A stretch of 64,000 nt of DNA from the human T2T-CHM13v2.0 reference genome, Homo sapiens, in assembly GCF_009914755.1 (NCBI RefSeq), contig NC_060928.1. One strand, 5' to 3'. How positions within the stretch are numbered: the stretch's first letter is position 1; every line of letters starts with the position of its first letter. Shown here in pieces: positions 59,353-64,000 of this stretch. The notes under the pieces are model-generated. The model ran no database searches. It was not told the DNA's origin and saw nothing but the letters and a program-made list of their open reading frames with translations. The translations under genes and the position numbers were made by a program.

Positions 59353-60362
59353 GAGTAGTTCTTTTTTTTTTTTTTAAACGCAGGCATATGTAACAGGGGG
59401 ACCTCACCTAAATTAAGGAATCAGGGAACACCACTTGCAAAATATTTTTACAGCAGTGCTGTAATTGTTGGTTGGATTCCCAGGATAGCCCATAAATGAT
59501 CATTTAACTCATAGTGTAGCTGGAGTTTCTCTTTAGAATCAACTCATTTGTTCATATTGAAAGCCTGCTATGTTTCAGGGGCTGTGGGAAAGTGAAAGGG
59601 ATGATCCTGCACTGGGCGTTTGAGGAGGTTTTGCTTTACTAAACCACTTGCTGCCATTGTCATGTGCTCTGTTATCTCCTCCTAGGTTTTGTTACATTAT
59701 GGGTTAAGTAGACTTTGGTGGGCGAGTCTGGGAAACGAATTTCCATATGATATTGTTCTATGGAAAATGCATTTCCTAGTTTGTGGGGGAGGAAATTTAT
59801 ACCCTTTTTGCTATAACAATTCATTAATGCAACCAATATTTATTGAATACCTTCTGTGTGTCAAACACTGTTGGAAAGAGAGTAATGAAAGATACAGAAA
59901 AGGATCTGCTGTTATGGAGCTTAAATTTTAAACTTTGAGAGGCTGACACGGGAGACTCGCTTGAGGCCAGGTGTTTGAGACCAGCCAAGGCAACATAGTA
60001 AGACCTTGTCTCTATAAAAAGAAAGAAAAAAAGTTTAGTGGGCCACAGAGTTGGGGAAGATTGTCAATGAACAGTGAACAAATAAATGAACAAAATAGTT
60101 TAGTGATAAGTGTCAAGAAGAAAATAGAAGAGGACCTGTGGAGGAGGGTGACAGGTTGGGGTGATGAGTGACTTTGTGCCAGGGAAGGCATCACTGAGGA
60201 GGAAACTTTTCAGCTGACATGCACTTGACTCAAGGAAAGAAGGTGCATGGTGCTTCCAGGAATGTGCTTCTCTTTTCTACCAGCTCTGAGGCAGAGGATA
60301 TCTATCCATCTTGGGCCCCGAGGAATAGTCCTTTTGCTTATGGGAGTCGGTGTGGTAGAGAC

Positions 60363-60990
60363 CTGTGCTGTCCCAGTACCAGTGGCTGTTAGCCAGAAGT
60401 GCCTGTTGAGCACTAAATGTGGCTAGTCCAAATTGAAGCATTCTGTAAGTGTAAATTTCAAAGATTTAGTATGAGAAAAAGAATGGAAAGCTTTTATATT
60501 GATTGCACAATGAATTGATAGTATTTTGGGTACATTGGTTATATAAAATATATTATCAAAATACATTTCACTGGCTTAATTTATTTTATTTATTTTTTAA
60601 TTTTTTAATTTTTTTTGAGACAAGGTCTCACTCTGTCGCCCAGGCTGGAGTGCAGTGTGTGATCATACATCGTTGTAGCCTTAAACTCTTGGGCTCAAGT
60701 GATCCTCCCACTTCAGTCTTCCCGGTAGCTGAGACTACAGAATGGCACTACCACACCCGGCTAATTTTTAAATTTTATTTTATGTAGAGTCAGAGTCTTG
60801 TGATGTTTCCTAGGCTCGTCTCGAACTCCTGCCTCAAGTAATCCTCCTGCCTTACAGCAGGAGAGCAAAGTGTTGGGGTTATAGGCATGAGCCACCACGC
60901 TCGGCCTCTTTTTAACTTTTTTAATGTGACTACTAGAAAATTTAAAATTACATATGTTGCTCATACTGTGTTTCTGTTGGACATCACTAA
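60363..60990. mobile_element. MER33 MITE with an antisense AluJ (60585-60906) inserted
   Basis: ctgtgctgtcc...aaatgtggctagtccaaattga...aaaatttaaaattacatatgttgctca. Confidence 0.75.
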
Positions 60991-60999
60991 ATATATAGA

Positions 61000-61270
61000 T
61001 GAATTAGTGCGGGTGCTTTGGAATCAGACTGAAGTGGATTTGAGTGCTAGATCCACTACTTACTGGAGTTTTTTCATAGTTTCTGTGCTTGTTTGTTTTT
61101 CTTTGGCAGTTTATTTGGTTCTCCTTAGTCCTTTCTTATCTGTTAAATGAGACCCATAATGCTACCTAGTAGGGTTATTTTGAGGATTAAATCAGATTTG
61201 GTTGAGTGCCTTACTGTGTGCTAGGCACTGAGGAGTCATGCTAGCCTGTAATTCACAAATGTTAGTTTCC
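61000..61270 (+). mobile_element. MIR
   Basis: ctttggaatcagac...ttcttatctgttaaatg...gaggattaaat. Confidence 0.7.
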
Positions 61271-62415
61271 TTTCCCCACTTCCTGATGCGATGTTAAGTC
61301 CTGCCTCCTGTAGGTACTTGGGGATGTGTCTGGAACTCAGAGAGCCAGGTTGAGAAATCATTGTGCAGGTTCATGACGCGTATTCATTTGCATTTTTGCT
61401 TCTTTTCTCTTAAGGTTTTGGAGGTCTTTATTAGATGATGAATATAATTATTTCCGTTTTACAAATAGAGATGTCATTATAGCCAAAGTGGCCCTGTAGA
61501 GTTCCCTGGGCACATGGAACCTGGCCTTGTGTTTCCTGCACCCAGCTACCTTCCCTTCTTTTAAAGGCTGTCATCTTCTTCCACGAGGTAGGCGAGTCCT
61601 GCCACTGAAAGTCCTGAATAGGAATTCTGATGCCAGGTTCCATTTGAGATCTTCAGTGCCAATGTGATGCCTTATCTTCTAAATGTTTTCAATGCTCTTG
61701 TTCTACAAAAGTGACAATATCAGAATCCTGAAGACCTTGCTTATGCTTCAAGAGATTAGGTAACCAGAGGCCCTTCTGGCCCAGGGCAATTTTAGATAGT
61801 GATTCATTGGAAGAAAACTCTGATGCCTTTTATTTTGGCAGAAACGCAAAGGCCTTTCCTTCTCAGGTGGTCTCTGTTTCCCTGTCAGTAATGTATGCAC
61901 CAGGGCTGGCAGTTTCTGGGCCTCAAATTGGGACATAGTTTTGATAATTGGCTTGAATAAGGAAAATTTAAATTGTTATCACTTGGATGACTGCATTTGG
62001 GTTCTTGTTAGATAGTCACTAGAAGTCAGATGCATTGGATGGAAAGGTTCGCATCAATTTTAATTCAAGTCATATTGATTGAGTCCAATGTTAGAAAAAA
62101 TGTTTTACTGTTTTATTAAATATCTGAGGGATTTAAAAATTGTAGTTGAAAGGAAACTATTCAAGATGCAATGAAAACTACATTGGTTGATATGTATATT
62201 TTCTTGCAATAATTACTTGTTTCTTTTGAATCCTTGCTGTCTCAAGGAGCTTATGTGCTTTCTTCCCTAAGTAGTCATTATTTTAATGTTTATGATGTCT
62301 GCTCCATTGGCTACTGCAGTCTTTCAGTTGGAATTATATGCACAGGAAAAACTAGAAAGAATTCATAAAATGATTTTTATATATTTACTTATGTATTCCA
62401 TAGTTTCATATAGAT

Positions 62416-62722
62416 TCTTTTTTTTTTTTTTTTTTTTTGAGACGGAGTCTCACTCACTTTGTCACCTAGGCTGGAGTGCAGTGGTGGGATCTCGGCTCAC
62501 TGAAACCTCCATCTCTTGGGTTCACTGAAACCTCCATTTCCTGGGTTCAGGCAATTCTCTCACTTTAGCCTCCCGAGTAGCTGGGACTACAGGCATGCGC
62601 CACCACACTCAGCTAATTTTTGCATTTTTAGTAGAAACTGGGTTTCGCCATGTTGGCCAGGCTGGGCTTGAACTCCTGGCCTCAAGTGATCTGCCTGCCT
62701 TGGCCTCCCAAAGTGCTGGGAT
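62416..62722 (-). mobile_element. AluS with internal 25-bp tandem duplication, 5' end missing
   Basis: tcactgaaacctccat(c/t)tc(t/c)tgggt x2 at 62497 and 62522. Confidence 0.9.
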
Positions 62723-63071
62723 TTCATGTACATTCATTTTTATATGTTAACAGAATTATCTGACAGATCTTATAAACTACATTTCTGGTAATAAAAGCAA
62801 AGATATGTTATTGATTTTGTCAATTCTAGTTTTTAAAAAACTGTAAAATATTTTCAGGTTTATTGATACATTGTCATCCATACACTTACCACCTAGATTT
62901 AACAATTGCTAATTTTTGCAATATTTACTTCAGCTATTTCAAGATATAGATTATTTAGAATGTATTTAAAATCCCTTTTGTATTCCTCAGCAATACATTT
63001 ACATCCCTTCCGCCCTACTGGTAAACACTATTTTAATGCTATATCCTTTTCATTTCTTAAAAAATACTTTA

Positions 63072-64000
<929 letters not shown>

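Overview
Primate (very likely human) genomic DNA, AT-rich and dominated by interspersed repeats. I found no prokaryotic-type system, CRISPR array or intact protein-coding exon. Layout: (1) ~1-1560 looks like the end of a + strand 3' UTR with several AATAAA signals. (2) ~1.6-16.9 kb is a repeat-packed intergenic stretch containing a decayed minus-strand LTR40/ERVL-class provirus, in which protease, RT and, unexpectedly, gamma-type env motifs can still be read. (3) ~16.95-18.1 kb is a CpG-island promoter with a + strand first exon ending at a CAG|GTGAGC donor (17488) and carrying upstream ATGs. (4) The remaining ~46 kb is a long first intron full of Alu, L1, L2, MIR, MaLR and DNA-transposon fossils. 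The arrangement fits my recollection of CEP135 (3' end) followed by CRACD/KIAA1211 (exon 1/intron 1) on chr4; this is unverified. Repeat subfamily names come from recalled consensus sequences and need RepeatMasker/Dfam confirmation. Best observations: a 94-bp templated copy of local DNA (37922-38015) inserted in an L1 at 41420-41513; env remnants in a class III ERV; an AluYd-type element; a MamSINE1 relic; and uORFs in exon 1.
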